From assembly GCA_951812955.1 (NCBI GenBank), contig OX638340.1:3616001-3680000 (forward strand): a DNA stretch of 64,000 bases, read 5' to 3'. The DNA comes from an uncultured Gemmatimonadota bacterium. Its GTDB lineage: Bacteria; JAAXHH01. The notes beneath the pieces are model-generated. The model was not told the DNA's origin and ran no database searches. It was given only the letters and a program-made list of their open reading frames with translations. Below, in pieces: positions 35,959-45,743 of the stretch (position 1 is its first letter; every line of letters begins with the position of its first letter). Position numbers and translations under genes: made by a program.

Positions 35959-37104
35959 ATGCGTAAACACTACCGTTTGATGATCCCAGGTCCCATCGAA
36001 ATAAGCCCCGACGTGGCGGCCCACATGGGCGATCCGATCACCGCCCACTACGGAGATCGCTGGGTGGAGATCTGGCGCAAGACCATTTCCAATCTTCAGC
36101 GCGTCATCGGGACGGAAGGCGATGTTTTCGTACTCGTGGGATCGGGTCACACGGCCAACGACGTGGTCGTGAACAGCCTGTTCAATCCCGGCGACCGGAT
36201 TCTGACCCTCGACAATGGCCTGTTCGGCCGGCGTCTGGATGATCTCGCCAGGGCGTTCGGCCTTGATTCCGTGGTGTTGGAGAAGCCCTGGGGCGTTCCC
36301 TTCGAAGCTTCCGACATCCACGAAGCGGCCGCGGCCAATCCCGGCCTGAAGGCGGTATTCATGGTGCACGGGGAAACTTCAACTGGCGTGGCCAACCCGG
36401 TACGCGAGCTGGCCGCCGCCGCGAAGGAACACGGCATGCTCGTCCTGGCGGACACGATCGCGTCCCTGGGCGGAGAGCAGTACCTGATGGACGCCTGGGA
36501 CATCGACGTCACGGTCTGCGCCTCTCAGAAGGCACTTGGCGCGCCGCCGGGCCTGGCCCTCGTGGCCGTGAGCGACCGGGCATGGGACGTCATGAAAGAC
36601 CGGCGCGAGCCCCGCGGATTCATGGGCGATCTTCAGAACCTGCGCCATTTCGCCGTTACTCAGGCCGACGTCCATCCCCATCCAGGCACCATGCCCGTCA
36701 ACAACTTCGTCGCCCTGGAGAAGAGCACCGCTTCGATCCTGGAGGAAGGTCTCGAGGCGACCTGGACCCGCCACAGAAAGATCGCCCGCGTGGTGCGGGA
36801 AGGGGTCCGCGCCATGGGACTGAAGATCATGGCCGAGGAACGGGCCGCCTGCGTCAACATGACGGTTATCCTTTCGGAAGACCGGTTCAAACCCGTCGCT
36901 TTTTCCGATTTCATGAAGGCCGAGTACGGCATGCACGTCGGCCTGGGCCTGGGTGACTACGTGAATCGGTCGATCCGAGTGGGCCACATGGCGCACAACG
37001 CCAACCTGGAGGCCGTAACGCCGTTCCTGGTCGGCCTGGAACAATACCTGCGCCGGCAGGGCTTCGACGTGGCGCGCGGAGCGTGTCTGGCCGGCCTTGA
37101 CTGA
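35959..37104 (+). CDS. Class V aminotransferase (serine-glyoxylate/alanine-glyoxylate aminotransferase-like)
   Basis: Start MRKHYRLMIPGPIEISPDV (typical AGT N-terminus); PLP-lysine region …VTVCASQKALGAPPGLAL…. Confidence 0.8.
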   Translation: MRKHYRLMIPGPIEISPDVAAHMGDPITAHYGDRWVEIWRKTISNLQRVIGTEGDVFVLVGSGHTANDVVVNSLFNPGDRILTLDNGLFGRRLDDLARAFGLDSVVLEKPWGVPFEASDIHEAAAANPGLKAVFMVHGETSTGVANPVRELAAAAKEHGMLVLADTIASLGGEQYLMDAWDIDVTVCASQKALGAPPGLALVAVSDRAWDVMKDRREPRGFMGDLQNLRHFAVTQADVHPHPGTMPVNNFVALEKSTASILEEGLEATWTRHRKIARVVREGVRAMGLKIMAEERAACVNMTVILSEDRFKPVAFSDFMKAEYGMHVGLGLGDYVNRSIRVGHMAHNANLEAVTPFLVGLEQYLRRQGFDVARGACLAGLD

Positions 37105-37150
37105 GCTGCCGGCCTTGACTGAACTGCCGGTCTGGACTGCCGGCCTGGAC
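37087..37150. repeat. Short degenerate tandem repeat (ctgccggccttgactga x2 plus 2 partial units) at the 3' end of the aminotransferase gene
   Basis: ctggccggccttgactgagctgccggccttgactgaactgccggtctggactgccggcctggac. Confidence 0.5.
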
Positions 37151-37237
37151 CGACCTCTGGGGCCTGGAAAGAATGCCTCTGGTCGGCTTGTACTGATTCT
37201 ACTTCAATCTCCACCGACGATTCGGGAGAAACCGATC

Positions 37238-37564
37238 ATGATCTACGAAGAACGCATCTATAAAATCATGCCTGGCCGCGTGCCGGACATCCTGGACCGG
37301 TTCACCAACCACGCCCTGCCCCTCTTCGAGAAGCACGGCATGAAGCTGGTGGGCTTCTGGCAGACCGTGATCGGACCCAGCAACCACGAACTCACCTACC
37401 TGCTGGCCTTTGAGGACGCGAACCACCGCGACCGCACCTGGGCGGCGTTCATGGCCGATCCCGCCTGGATCAAGGCCAAGGCCGAAAGCGAAACGAACGG
37501 TCCGCTGGTGGCGGACGTGGCCAACCGGCTCCTCGCGCCGGTTCCTTTCTCTCCCCTGAAATAG
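37238..37564 (+). CDS. NIPSNAP-family protein
   Basis: 108 aa; MIYEERIYKIMPGRVPDILDRFTNHALPLFEKHGMKLVGFW… matches the NIPSNAP/dimeric alpha-beta-barrel consensus. Confidence 0.7.
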   Translation: MIYEERIYKIMPGRVPDILDRFTNHALPLFEKHGMKLVGFWQTVIGPSNHELTYLLAFEDANHRDRTWAAFMADPAWIKAKAESETNGPLVADVANRLLAPVPFSPLK

Positions 37565-37582
37565 ACTGTCCCTTTCGGATTC

Positions 37583-39658
37583 ATGGTAAAATCCCCAAGA
37601 CTCAAAAAAGAACTCGGTTTCTTCGAAGTGTACGCCGTGGCGACGGGCACGACGCTGAGCGCAGGCTTCTTCCTGTTGCCCGGCCTGGCCGCGATGGAAG
37701 CCGGTCCGTCCCTCGTGCTGGCCTATCTCCTGGCGACCCTCCCCCTCATTCCGGCCATGCTGTGCATCGTGGAACTGGCCACAGCCATGCCCCGTGCCGG
37801 CGGCGTGTATTACTTCATCGACCGCTCTCTGGGTCCTTACGTCGGACTGATTACCGGTGTCGGAACCTGGCTTGCGCTCATCCTCAAGGTCACCTTCGCC
37901 CTTGTGGGAATGGGCGCCTATATTGCCCTGTTCTTCCCCGGCCTGCCGCAGAAACCCCTAGCCATTGTCCTGGCCGCTGGCCTCGGCGCGGTGAACTATT
38001 TCGGTGCCCGGAAGAGCGGCCGTCTACAGATCTACCTGGTGTTGGGCCTGTTGCTCCTCCTGGCCGGCTTTATTGGTGGTGGAGTACCGGCATTGGAATC
38101 TGCTGCTTTCGAGGGACTCTTCGACGTCGAGGTTACTACGCTCATGGGGACGGCCGGTATGGTCTACATCAGCTACGTGGGCGTAACCAAGGTCGCAAGC
38201 CTTTCGGAAGAAATCGAAAAACCGGAGAAGACCCTTCCCCTGGGCGTGTTCCTTGCCCTGGCCACCTCCGTCCTGGTATATGGTCTCGGCACGGCTATTA
38301 TGGTGGGTGTGATTCCCATCGAACGCCTTTCGGGCGACCTTACGCCGGCGGCAACTGCGGCCGAAATACTGTATGGCTGGTGGGGAAGCCTGTTCATCTC
38401 GGTCGCGGCCCTGCTCGCTTTCGTCTCCGTGGCGAACGCAGGCATCCTGAGCGCTTCGCGCTATCCGCTGGCGATGAGCAGGGACCAGTTGCTGCCCGGC
38501 AGAATCAGCCACGTAACTTCCCAGGGCGTGCCGGTCATCTCGCTGCTGCTTACCGTAGCAAGCATCCTCGTCATCCTGGTGGCCCTGGACCCCGTGGGCA
38601 TCGCCAAGCTGGCTAGCGCCTTTCAACTGGTCGTCTTCGCGTTCGTGTGCCTCGCGGTCGTCGTGATGCGGGAGAGCAGAATCGTCGAGTACGACCCGGG
38701 ATACCGATCGCCCTGGTACCCCTGGATGCACATCGCGGGCATGGTCCTGCCCTTCTTCGTGGTCTGGCAGATGGGTTGGCCCGCCATACTGTTCATCGCC
38801 GGGTTCATTGTCGCCGGGACCCTGTGGTATTTCTACTACGCACGGTTCCGGGCCGACCGCAATGGCGCCATCTACCACATCTTCGAACGGTTGGGTCGCC
38901 TGCGACATAAGGGCCTGGATTCGGAGATGCGGGATATCCTGAAGGAAAAGGGTCTCCGGGACGAAGACCCTTTCGAAGACATGATCACGCGATGCCAGGC
39001 CGTCGATCTGGAGCATGAAATCGAATTCGGGCGGGTTGCCAATGAGGCGGCAGAGAGGTTGTCGGCCCGTATCGGGCTTTCAGTCAATGATATCAGCGAT
39101 CGATTCATGCAAGGGACCCGTGCAGGCGGAACGCCCGTGGCAAAAGGCGTGATGCTGCGCCATTTTCGAATACCGGATCTCGCCCTGCCTGAGCTGGTGC
39201 TCGTCCGTTCGTTCGAGGGCGCACGTGTGAACTACCAGAACCCCGTGACCGGCTTGCAGGATTCAGACGAGATTCATGCGTTTTTCTTTCTGGTCAGCCC
39301 CTTGGAAAACCCCGCGTTGCACCTGCGCATGCTGGCCAGGATTGCGAATCGGGCCGATGACGAGAACTTCGGCCAGGTGTGGATCGCCGCGGTCGATGAG
39401 CACTCCCTTCGCGACATATTTCTGCGTCATGATCGGTACCTTACCGTCCCGGTCCTCCCCCAATCGCCCGCAAGCGTCCTGATTGGAAAGCGAATCTCGG
39501 AGATAGATATCCCCGAAGGATGTCGAATCGTGTGGATACGCCACTTCGATGAGGTTATCATCCCCAGGGGCGATACCGTGATCCAATCCGGCACGCTGCT
39601 GACCGTTATCGGAGAGCCCAACGACGTGAACGTTTTCCGACGAAAGTACCACGCCTAG
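37583..39658 (+). CDS. APC-superfamily amino acid permease with two C-terminal TrkA-C-like regulatory domains
   Basis: 691 aa with 12 TM segments (…FFEVYAVATGTTLSAGFFLLPG…); the cytoplasmic C-terminal ~250 aa look like RCK_C/TrkA_C repeats. Confidence 0.8.
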   Translation: MVKSPRLKKELGFFEVYAVATGTTLSAGFFLLPGLAAMEAGPSLVLAYLLATLPLIPAMLCIVELATAMPRAGGVYYFIDRSLGPYVGLITGVGTWLALILKVTFALVGMGAYIALFFPGLPQKPLAIVLAAGLGAVNYFGARKSGRLQIYLVLGLLLLLAGFIGGGVPALESAAFEGLFDVEVTTLMGTAGMVYISYVGVTKVASLSEEIEKPEKTLPLGVFLALATSVLVYGLGTAIMVGVIPIERLSGDLTPAATAAEILYGWWGSLFISVAALLAFVSVANAGILSASRYPLAMSRDQLLPGRISHVTSQGVPVISLLLTVASILVILVALDPVGIAKLASAFQLVVFAFVCLAVVVMRESRIVEYDPGYRSPWYPWMHIAGMVLPFFVVWQMGWPAILFIAGFIVAGTLWYFYYARFRADRNGAIYHIFERLGRLRHKGLDSEMRDILKEKGLRDEDPFEDMITRCQAVDLEHEIEFGRVANEAAERLSARIGLSVNDISDRFMQGTRAGGTPVAKGVMLRHFRIPDLALPELVLVRSFEGARVNYQNPVTGLQDSDEIHAFFFLVSPLENPALHLRMLARIANRADDENFGQVWIAAVDEHSLRDIFLRHDRYLTVPVLPQSPASVLIGKRISEIDIPEGCRIVWIRHFDEVIIPRGDTVIQSGTLLTVIGEPNDVNVFRRKYHA

Positions 39659-39729
39659 GGCTCGTAGCTGGCAGCCACATCGCGCATGTCGGCGTCGGCG
39701 ATGCCCGCTTCCCGGCGCATGTGCCACGC

Positions 39730-40680
39730 CTAGGGCACGTAGGGCGTCCCTGTCCGGTGCAGTTCCTTGGTTACCGCCATCTGACACGTCACGTAGGCGT
39801 GCACATCCGCGTTGCCGCGGCGGTTCAGCAGGCCGGCGGAGTAGCCCGGGCGGGCATCCGCGATGGTGCCCACGATGAGGTTTGCGTATTCCACGGTAGT
39901 CTCGTACCGGTCCGCGATGAGGGCGTTCATCTCGCTCCAGGCGATCTTGACGGCTTCCTCCCAGTTGTAGCCCTGTCCGCTGGTCAGGTATTCCTCCCGC
40001 GACTCCACGATCCGGGTTTTCTCCACGACCGGCGCACTGCACGGAAACCCCTGCGATTTATCCACCTTCATCGTGATCGTCGAATCGATTTCCACGCCCG
40101 TGCCGGTCAACTCGCCGTCCCCCATCCGCGCATGCACGTCGCCCAGGGTGAGCAGTCCCCCCGGTTTCTGGGCGCGGATGTGCACCGTGCTCCCCGGTTG
40201 GATCGCATTGAAATCCATGTTGCCGCCCGTATCGATCTGGTGGGGAGCTACCGATTCCAGCTGTACGACGCCGATCATGGGCCGGACCGGCACTACGAAG
40301 TCGGGTGGGAAATGAACGAGTCCGTCTCGCACCGGCGCGATCAGTCGCAGGCTGCCCCAGTGCGGTCCGCCGTTGCGGTAGAAGCCGTAGGGACCGACTT
40401 CCATGTCGATGATCTCCACGGACACCCAGTCCCCGGCCTCGATACCCTCGATGAAAAAGGGGCCACACGGACGCGAATGCCGATAGGGGTCCACGTCCAT
40501 GACCGCCCCGGCCCGCAGGTCCTTCTTGGCGAGGTAGTCCTGGTCGTGTCCCCCGTAGGTCTCCACCTGGACCGTCTCTCCAGGCTGGAGCACGCCCCGG
40601 TTTACACGGTATGCCGGGTCTTCGGGGCCGGACAGGTAAGGGGTGCGGGTGAATCGGCGCATGAGATACTCCTTCCTCAC
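39730..40680 (-). CDS. Acetamidase/formamidase (FmdA/AmdA) family enzyme (second copy, no tail)
   Basis: 316 aa; …VQVETYGG…GPFFIEGIEAGDWVSVEI…GGNMDFNAIQPGSTVHI…LGDVHARMGDGELTGTGVE. Confidence 0.8.
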   Translation of the reverse strand: MRKEYLMRRFTRTPYLSGPEDPAYRVNRGVLQPGETVQVETYGGHDQDYLAKKDLRAGAVMDVDPYRHSRPCGPFFIEGIEAGDWVSVEIIDMEVGPYGFYRNGGPHWGSLRLIAPVRDGLVHFPPDFVVPVRPMIGVVQLESVAPHQIDTGGNMDFNAIQPGSTVHIRAQKPGGLLTLGDVHARMGDGELTGTGVEIDSTITMKVDKSQGFPCSAPVVEKTRIVESREEYLTSGQGYNWEEAVKIAWSEMNALIADRYETTVEYANLIVGTIADARPGYSAGLLNRRGNADVHAYVTCQMAVTKELHRTGTPYVP

Positions 40681-40859
40681 TGGGCTGACAGATTATGGAG
40701 TAATAGAAATCATTCTGTATTGCCTTGATGTGTTTTTTGTCACCTTCGGGCGATTGTGCGTTATATTCCGGATTGTATTCGTTCCTTCGACCCCTTACAA
40801 GCCCAAAAACAGCGCCAATGCGCGACCAAATACGCGCTGCGCGCTGCGGAGAACTGCCC

Positions 40860-41711
40860 ATGCGACTGACGGAACAGCAACATGCGTTTGTGGATACCTT
40901 CGGCTACCTCGGTTTTCCTGGGTTATTGAAAGACCGGATCGACGAGATCATCGACGCCTTCGAGTCCGTGTGGACCGAGCGCGGCGGCGGGCACGACGGA
41001 AGGCCCCACGACGGTACGGCGCGGTCCTGCATCGTGCCCTTCATCGATCAGCATCCGGTGCTGTCCTCGCTCATAGACGATCCTCGGGTCAACGGCATCT
41101 TCAGCAGCCTCCTGGGCGATGATTTCGTCTACCTGGGCAGCGACGGCAATTTCTACGTCAGCGATACCAACTGGCATTCCGACACGGACTGGTCGGGCAA
41201 GATGCGTGGCAAGCCGCCCCGCATCTACTTCAAGATGGCCTTCTATCTCGATCCCCTGACGCGGGATTCGGGTGCGCTTCGGGTGATTCCGGGCAGCCAC
41301 CGGTACGGCGACGCCTATGCCGAAGCGCTGGAAACCCGGATCAGGAAGTCGGGGGAAAACTGGGGCGTCGAGGGCTGGGAGGTGCCCGCGGTGGCGCTCG
41401 AGACGCAACCGGGCGACGTCGTCGTATTCAACCAGAACACCAAGCACAGCGCCTGGGGAGGAAGCGACCGGCGCAGGATGTTCACGATCAATTGTACGGC
41501 GCGTTTCGCCGAGAAGGATATGCAACTACTGAAGAACGAGATCGCCGCGGGCGCCCGGTTCTGGCTCGACAGCGTCTACGGCGAAGCCATGCTGGAGACG
41601 GCCGGTCCGGCGCGCATGAAGCACCTGGAGCAGCCCCTGGCCCACCAGGACCACCTGGCGGAGGAAGTGCGGAAGGCTAAACTGCGGATGGCGGAGCCGT
41701 CGAGGGGTTAA
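40860..41711 (+). CDS. PhyH-family dioxygenase (paralog 7; close paralog of 53932..54720)
   Basis: Start MRLTEQQHAFVDTFGYLGFPGLLKDRIDEI…; …NWHSDTDW… HxD motif. Confidence 0.8.
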   Translation: MRLTEQQHAFVDTFGYLGFPGLLKDRIDEIIDAFESVWTERGGGHDGRPHDGTARSCIVPFIDQHPVLSSLIDDPRVNGIFSSLLGDDFVYLGSDGNFYVSDTNWHSDTDWSGKMRGKPPRIYFKMAFYLDPLTRDSGALRVIPGSHRYGDAYAEALETRIRKSGENWGVEGWEVPAVALETQPGDVVVFNQNTKHSAWGGSDRRRMFTINCTARFAEKDMQLLKNEIAAGARFWLDSVYGEAMLETAGPARMKHLEQPLAHQDHLAEEVRKAKLRMAEPSRG

Positions 41712-42712
41712 CGCCAGGTCTGACGGGCGCGGACTTCGGAGAGGAACCGCTTCGCGTTGCCTGAGAAATGGTCCTCGATCTCCCGCGCGGTCAGACCCAG
41801 CATGTCCGCCACCTGTTTTTCCTGCCTGAGCTGCTCGTAGATGACCAGCGTCGCCCTGGAATCGCAGTGGGGCGTCGTTTCCGTCGTGCCCTCGTAGTAG
41901 GTCCACGCACGCCCGTAGGTCACGTACTTGCCGCGTGCGCATCCCGCCACAACGTTGTCCGAGCCAAACATGACGCGCGAGCGGTCCTCGTGTTTCATCA
42001 GCAGGTATTGGGTGTACAGGTCGTTCACGGCCGAGGTGTCGTACCAGATATTGGGCAGGCCGGTCAGGAACTGGATCGCCCGCTCCATCATGAAGCAGTT
42101 GAAGGCCCTTGCGCAGTGGGCAAGGATCCACTGGGCGCGGGGATACCGCTTCGTGTAATCTGCGAGGTCCCGCTGGTTGTCGGGGTCCGCCGGTCCTTCG
42201 GGCTTGGACATGTGCATCGTGATGGCAAGCCCCATGTCGTGGGCCACCTCGATGAAGGATTCGGGCAGAAAATCGCGGATGCGGCAGTAGGTGGGATCCG
42301 GGGCGAAGGTCCGGTACGGCTTCAGGCCCAGGAAGCCGTGTCTTTTTACCTGCGCGGCCACGTATTCCGGCGTCATGTCGGGCGTGACCATCATGTTGAT
42401 CCCCGATACGGGATCCTGCTTCATCTCCTCGGCCATCCAGTCGTTATGCCCTTCCGTGTCGATCCCCCCCGGGATCGGTGTACCGAGGACCAGGTAGTGC
42501 ATCTCGCGGCCGGGATACATTTTATTCGCCCAGTCCAGGTGGTCCTGGTAGTCGATTTCAAGGCGGAGCCCGGAGGGGTCCGGGTCCAGTCTTCCCCTGT
42601 GCCGCTCAGACCACATGTGGACGTGCATGTCGTAGACGGTGTCCGGTACGTAATCGGCCAGTTCTTCGTCCCATATGCCCCGATCGAATTCCTGGTAGTC
42701 CGGCGCTCGCAT
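41708..42712 (-). CDS. Amidohydrolase-2 family protein
   Basis: Start MRAPDYQEFDRGIWDEE… with GGAG RBS; …VYDMHVHMW… N-terminal metal-ligand His pair and …VMFGSDNV… C-terminal motif. Confidence 0.75.
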   Translation of the reverse strand: MRAPDYQEFDRGIWDEELADYVPDTVYDMHVHMWSERHRGRLDPDPSGLRLEIDYQDHLDWANKMYPGREMHYLVLGTPIPGGIDTEGHNDWMAEEMKQDPVSGINMMVTPDMTPEYVAAQVKRHGFLGLKPYRTFAPDPTYCRIRDFLPESFIEVAHDMGLAITMHMSKPEGPADPDNQRDLADYTKRYPRAQWILAHCARAFNCFMMERAIQFLTGLPNIWYDTSAVNDLYTQYLLMKHEDRSRVMFGSDNVVAGCARGKYVTYGRAWTYYEGTTETTPHCDSRATLVIYEQLRQEKQVADMLGLTAREIEDHFSGNAKRFLSEVRARQTWR

Positions 42713-42924
42713 GTTGTCTCCTCGAGTTTTGGTCGGATCGCGCGGATTTACGCTTCTCGGGCACAACGTCCGGTATGCTTTGTGTGAACCCGAGCCATAC
42801 ATTAGTGGAACACCCATTTTAGTAGAAGTGGGCCGGAGTTTCAAGGCAAAAGAGTCTTTGACAACACCTCGTCCCGTCCACTTATTGCCCACGAGATCAA
42901 CTCCCTTAAATACCGCCATCTACG

Positions 42925-44097
42925 TTGGAGGCTATCATGGCTGAAACACACGAAATGGACCGGCGGAATTTCCTGCGTAACACCGTCCTGGGCGGCGCGG
43001 GTGTTTCGCTGATCGGCACGCCGGTATGGGAAGCCGCGGCCCAAATGGTCAACGAACCCCAGATGCCGGCAGTAAACGGTGTCGGACTCGATGATCCCCT
43101 GCTGGTCCAGCTCAGCATCAATGAGAATCCCCTCGGCGCTTCGCACCGCGCCATCGAGGCGGTCGCGAGCAAGATGTTCGGCATGAACCGGTATACCATG
43201 CACAACGAGCTCGAGGAAGCCCTCGCCGACTTTCACGGCGTCGATCCCGAGTCGGTCTTCATGGGCGTCGGTTCATCGGAAATCCTGTTGACGGCGACGC
43301 TGGCGGCCTTCTGGGATCAGCCAGGCAATACGGTGACGGCCTTTCCATCCTATCGTTCCATACCGAGGACGACCGAGGAACTCGGACAGGCGGTCAAGAA
43401 AGTGCCCCTGACCGGAGACTGGCAGATGGACCTGTCCGCCATGGCTGCGGCGGTCGATGACCAGACCCGGATCGTCAGTATCTGCAATCCCAACAACCCA
43501 ACGGGCCAGATACTCGATGCCTCGGCGCTGGAGCAGACGATCAGGGCGATGCCGAAGGACGTAATCGTCTGCGTCGACGAAGCCTATATTCAGTTCGTGG
43601 ACGATCCGGACTACCCGTCGATGATTCCGTTGACGAAGGACGTCGAGAACCTGCTGATCTCCCGCACGTTCTCTAAGGCGTATGGACTGGGTGGCATGCG
43701 TGTCGGTTATGGCGTCGCGCACCCGTCGCTGTTGGAGAAAATGCAGCGGTTCAGCATCGGAATGCTCAACAAGAACACCCTATCGACCGTTGCGGCCCTC
43801 GCCGCGCTGGGAGACCAGGAGCACGTGAGGCGTTCGGCAGCGCTTGCACGGGAAGGCAAAGCGTATCTCTACGAAGAGCTCGAAGGCATGGGATACAGCC
43901 CCTTGCGCACGCAGACCATCTTCGTCACCGTCGAGGTCGGCCCCAACGTGCAGACTCTCATAGATCGCCTCTGGGAGAAGAAGGTCCAGGTCCGTCAGGC
44001 TTTCGACATGGAAGGCTTCATGCGGATTTCAGTCGGCCTGCCCCGGGAGAACGAAGCCTTTATCTCCGCCTTCAAGCGGGAACGCAGCGCGTTGTAG
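42925..44097 (+). CDS. Histidinol-phosphate aminotransferase (HisC)-like class I/II PLP aminotransferase with an N-terminal twin-arginine (Tat) signal
   Basis: N-terminus …HEMDRRNFLRNTVLGGAGVSLIGTPVWEAAAQ, then …LSINENPLGASHRAIEAV…NPNNPTGQ…SRTFSKAYGLGGMRVGY (PLP-Lys). Confidence 0.75.
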   Translation: MEAIMAETHEMDRRNFLRNTVLGGAGVSLIGTPVWEAAAQMVNEPQMPAVNGVGLDDPLLVQLSINENPLGASHRAIEAVASKMFGMNRYTMHNELEEALADFHGVDPESVFMGVGSSEILLTATLAAFWDQPGNTVTAFPSYRSIPRTTEELGQAVKKVPLTGDWQMDLSAMAAAVDDQTRIVSICNPNNPTGQILDASALEQTIRAMPKDVIVCVDEAYIQFVDDPDYPSMIPLTKDVENLLISRTFSKAYGLGGMRVGYGVAHPSLLEKMQRFSIGMLNKNTLSTVAALAALGDQEHVRRSAALAREGKAYLYEELEGMGYSPLRTQTIFVTVEVGPNVQTLIDRLWEKKVQVRQAFDMEGFMRISVGLPRENEAFISAFKRERSAL

Positions 44098-44165
44098 ACA
44101 ACAGTCATTCAGGCAACAGGACCGGAGCGCGTCTTAGGCGCGTTACAGAAAGGTATTTCAATCCG

Positions 44166-44930
44166 ATGAATTACCCGAACACGCTCAAGCGGCGCATCCG
44201 CGACGGCGAACTGCTGCTGGGTACGGTCCTGACCGCCCATAATTCGTTTGACGCCTCGGTGGTCTGCGGTTCGGATATCGACTTCCTCTGGATCGATACC
44301 GAGCACTCCGCGAGTGCCGTAGAAGACCTGGGCATGGTGCCGGTGATCGCCCGCCAGCGGGACGTGGCGCCCATGATCCGGATCGCGTGGAATGATCCCG
44401 CCTTGATCAAGAAGGCCTACGATATCGGTGCCGTGGCGGTCATGATCCCCCAGGTCAACACGGCCGAGGAGGCGGAGCACGCGGTTCGGCACGCCCGGTA
44501 CGCTCCCGAAGGACAGCGCGGGATTTCCCCCTACTGGGCGATGATGGCGGGACTGGACTTCAAGCACGTAGTTAAAACGGCCAACGCGGAGACCGTCACC
44601 GTGCTGCAGATCGAAAGCGTCGAAGCCCTGGATAACCTGGACGAAATCAAGCAGGTGGAAGGAATCGACGTCCTCTTTCTCGGTCCCACGGACCTGTCCG
44701 CGACGATGGGCGTGATCGCTGAGACCGAATCACCCGAGGTACAGGGCGCTATGCGCGAGTTTCCCGGCCGGCTGGAAGGTTCCGGGATCATGGCGGGGAC
44801 GACGCTGGCCGATTTGCAGGATATCCAGCAGAAAATTGAATGGGGTTACCGATTCATCAACGTGGGCAGCCCCATGGGTTACGGTATGCAGGTGCTGAAG
44901 GACAACCTGGATGCGCTGCGGAGTGGATGA
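44166..44930 (+). CDS. HpcH/HpaI-family aldolase (2-keto-3-deoxy acid aldolase-like)
   Basis: 254 aa; …LLGTVLTAHNSFDASVVCGSDIDFLWIDTEHSA… matches the HpcH/HpaI aldolase signature. Confidence 0.75.
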   Translation: MNYPNTLKRRIRDGELLLGTVLTAHNSFDASVVCGSDIDFLWIDTEHSASAVEDLGMVPVIARQRDVAPMIRIAWNDPALIKKAYDIGAVAVMIPQVNTAEEAEHAVRHARYAPEGQRGISPYWAMMAGLDFKHVVKTANAETVTVLQIESVEALDNLDEIKQVEGIDVLFLGPTDLSATMGVIAETESPEVQGAMREFPGRLEGSGIMAGTTLADLQDIQQKIEWGYRFINVGSPMGYGMQVLKDNLDALRSG

Positions 44931-44934
44931 GCGG

Positions 44935-45741
44935 ATGATCAACGAAGAACAGGTCCGGAAATTCCAGGAAATGGGATGGCTGGTGGTGGAGGGCGTCTAC
45001 ACCCACGAGGAAGCCGACGAGGTGGCGCGACTGGCACTGCAGACGGCGGATTCCATGGATGTAGAGGAATCCATGGCCGGCTATCTGCTGGACCGTTCCG
45101 AATCGGGAGAATCCGCGCCCCGGAAGATCGACAGTCCCTACCTGCGGAATCCGCTATTTCGCGATTTTGCCCTGGATGGCAGGCTTCGGGAGATACTCCG
45201 GCGAATCACCGGCGAAGAACCCCTGCTCAAGAGCGACCAGCTTTTCATGAAACCGCCGCGGTTCGGATCGGAGAAACCTTACCACCACGACAATTTCTAC
45301 TTCCGTTGCACGCCGGGCGGCCACGTGATCACGGCCTGGATCGCCCTCGACGACGTGGACGAGGAGAACGGCTGCCTTCGATACATCTCCGGTTCGCACA
45401 AGAAGGGGATCATCGAGCACGTGGAGGTCCCCGGCCAGCCCTACAACCTGGCTCCTCCGGACGACTTGATCGATTGGGAGAACGAGGCCTCAGCGCCGGT
45501 GCGCAAGGGCGGCGTGGTCTTCCACCACTCGGAGACCCTCCACTCGTCGCGTCGCAATACGTCAGATCGATGGCGGCGCGGCTACGCGACGCATTGGGTT
45601 ACCGCTGCGGTGACCAGCGAGACCGACAACCTGGACGGCGCATATTTTCAAAGCGACGAGTACGCGGAGTACGTGCGGGCCGTGGACCGGACGAAGGATG
45701 ACGCGGCGCAAGTTGGTACCGCCGATTCGGGAGGGGCCTGA
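44935..45741 (+). CDS. PhyH-family dioxygenase (paralog 8)
   Basis: MINEEQVRKFQEMGWLVVEGVYT…; YHHDNFYF HxD motif; start 5 nt after the aldolase stop. Confidence 0.8.
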   Translation: MINEEQVRKFQEMGWLVVEGVYTHEEADEVARLALQTADSMDVEESMAGYLLDRSESGESAPRKIDSPYLRNPLFRDFALDGRLREILRRITGEEPLLKSDQLFMKPPRFGSEKPYHHDNFYFRCTPGGHVITAWIALDDVDEENGCLRYISGSHKKGIIEHVEVPGQPYNLAPPDDLIDWENEASAPVRKGGVVFHHSETLHSSRRNTSDRWRRGYATHWVTAAVTSETDNLDGAYFQSDEYAEYVRAVDRTKDDAAQVGTADSGGA

Positions 45742-45743
45742 CT

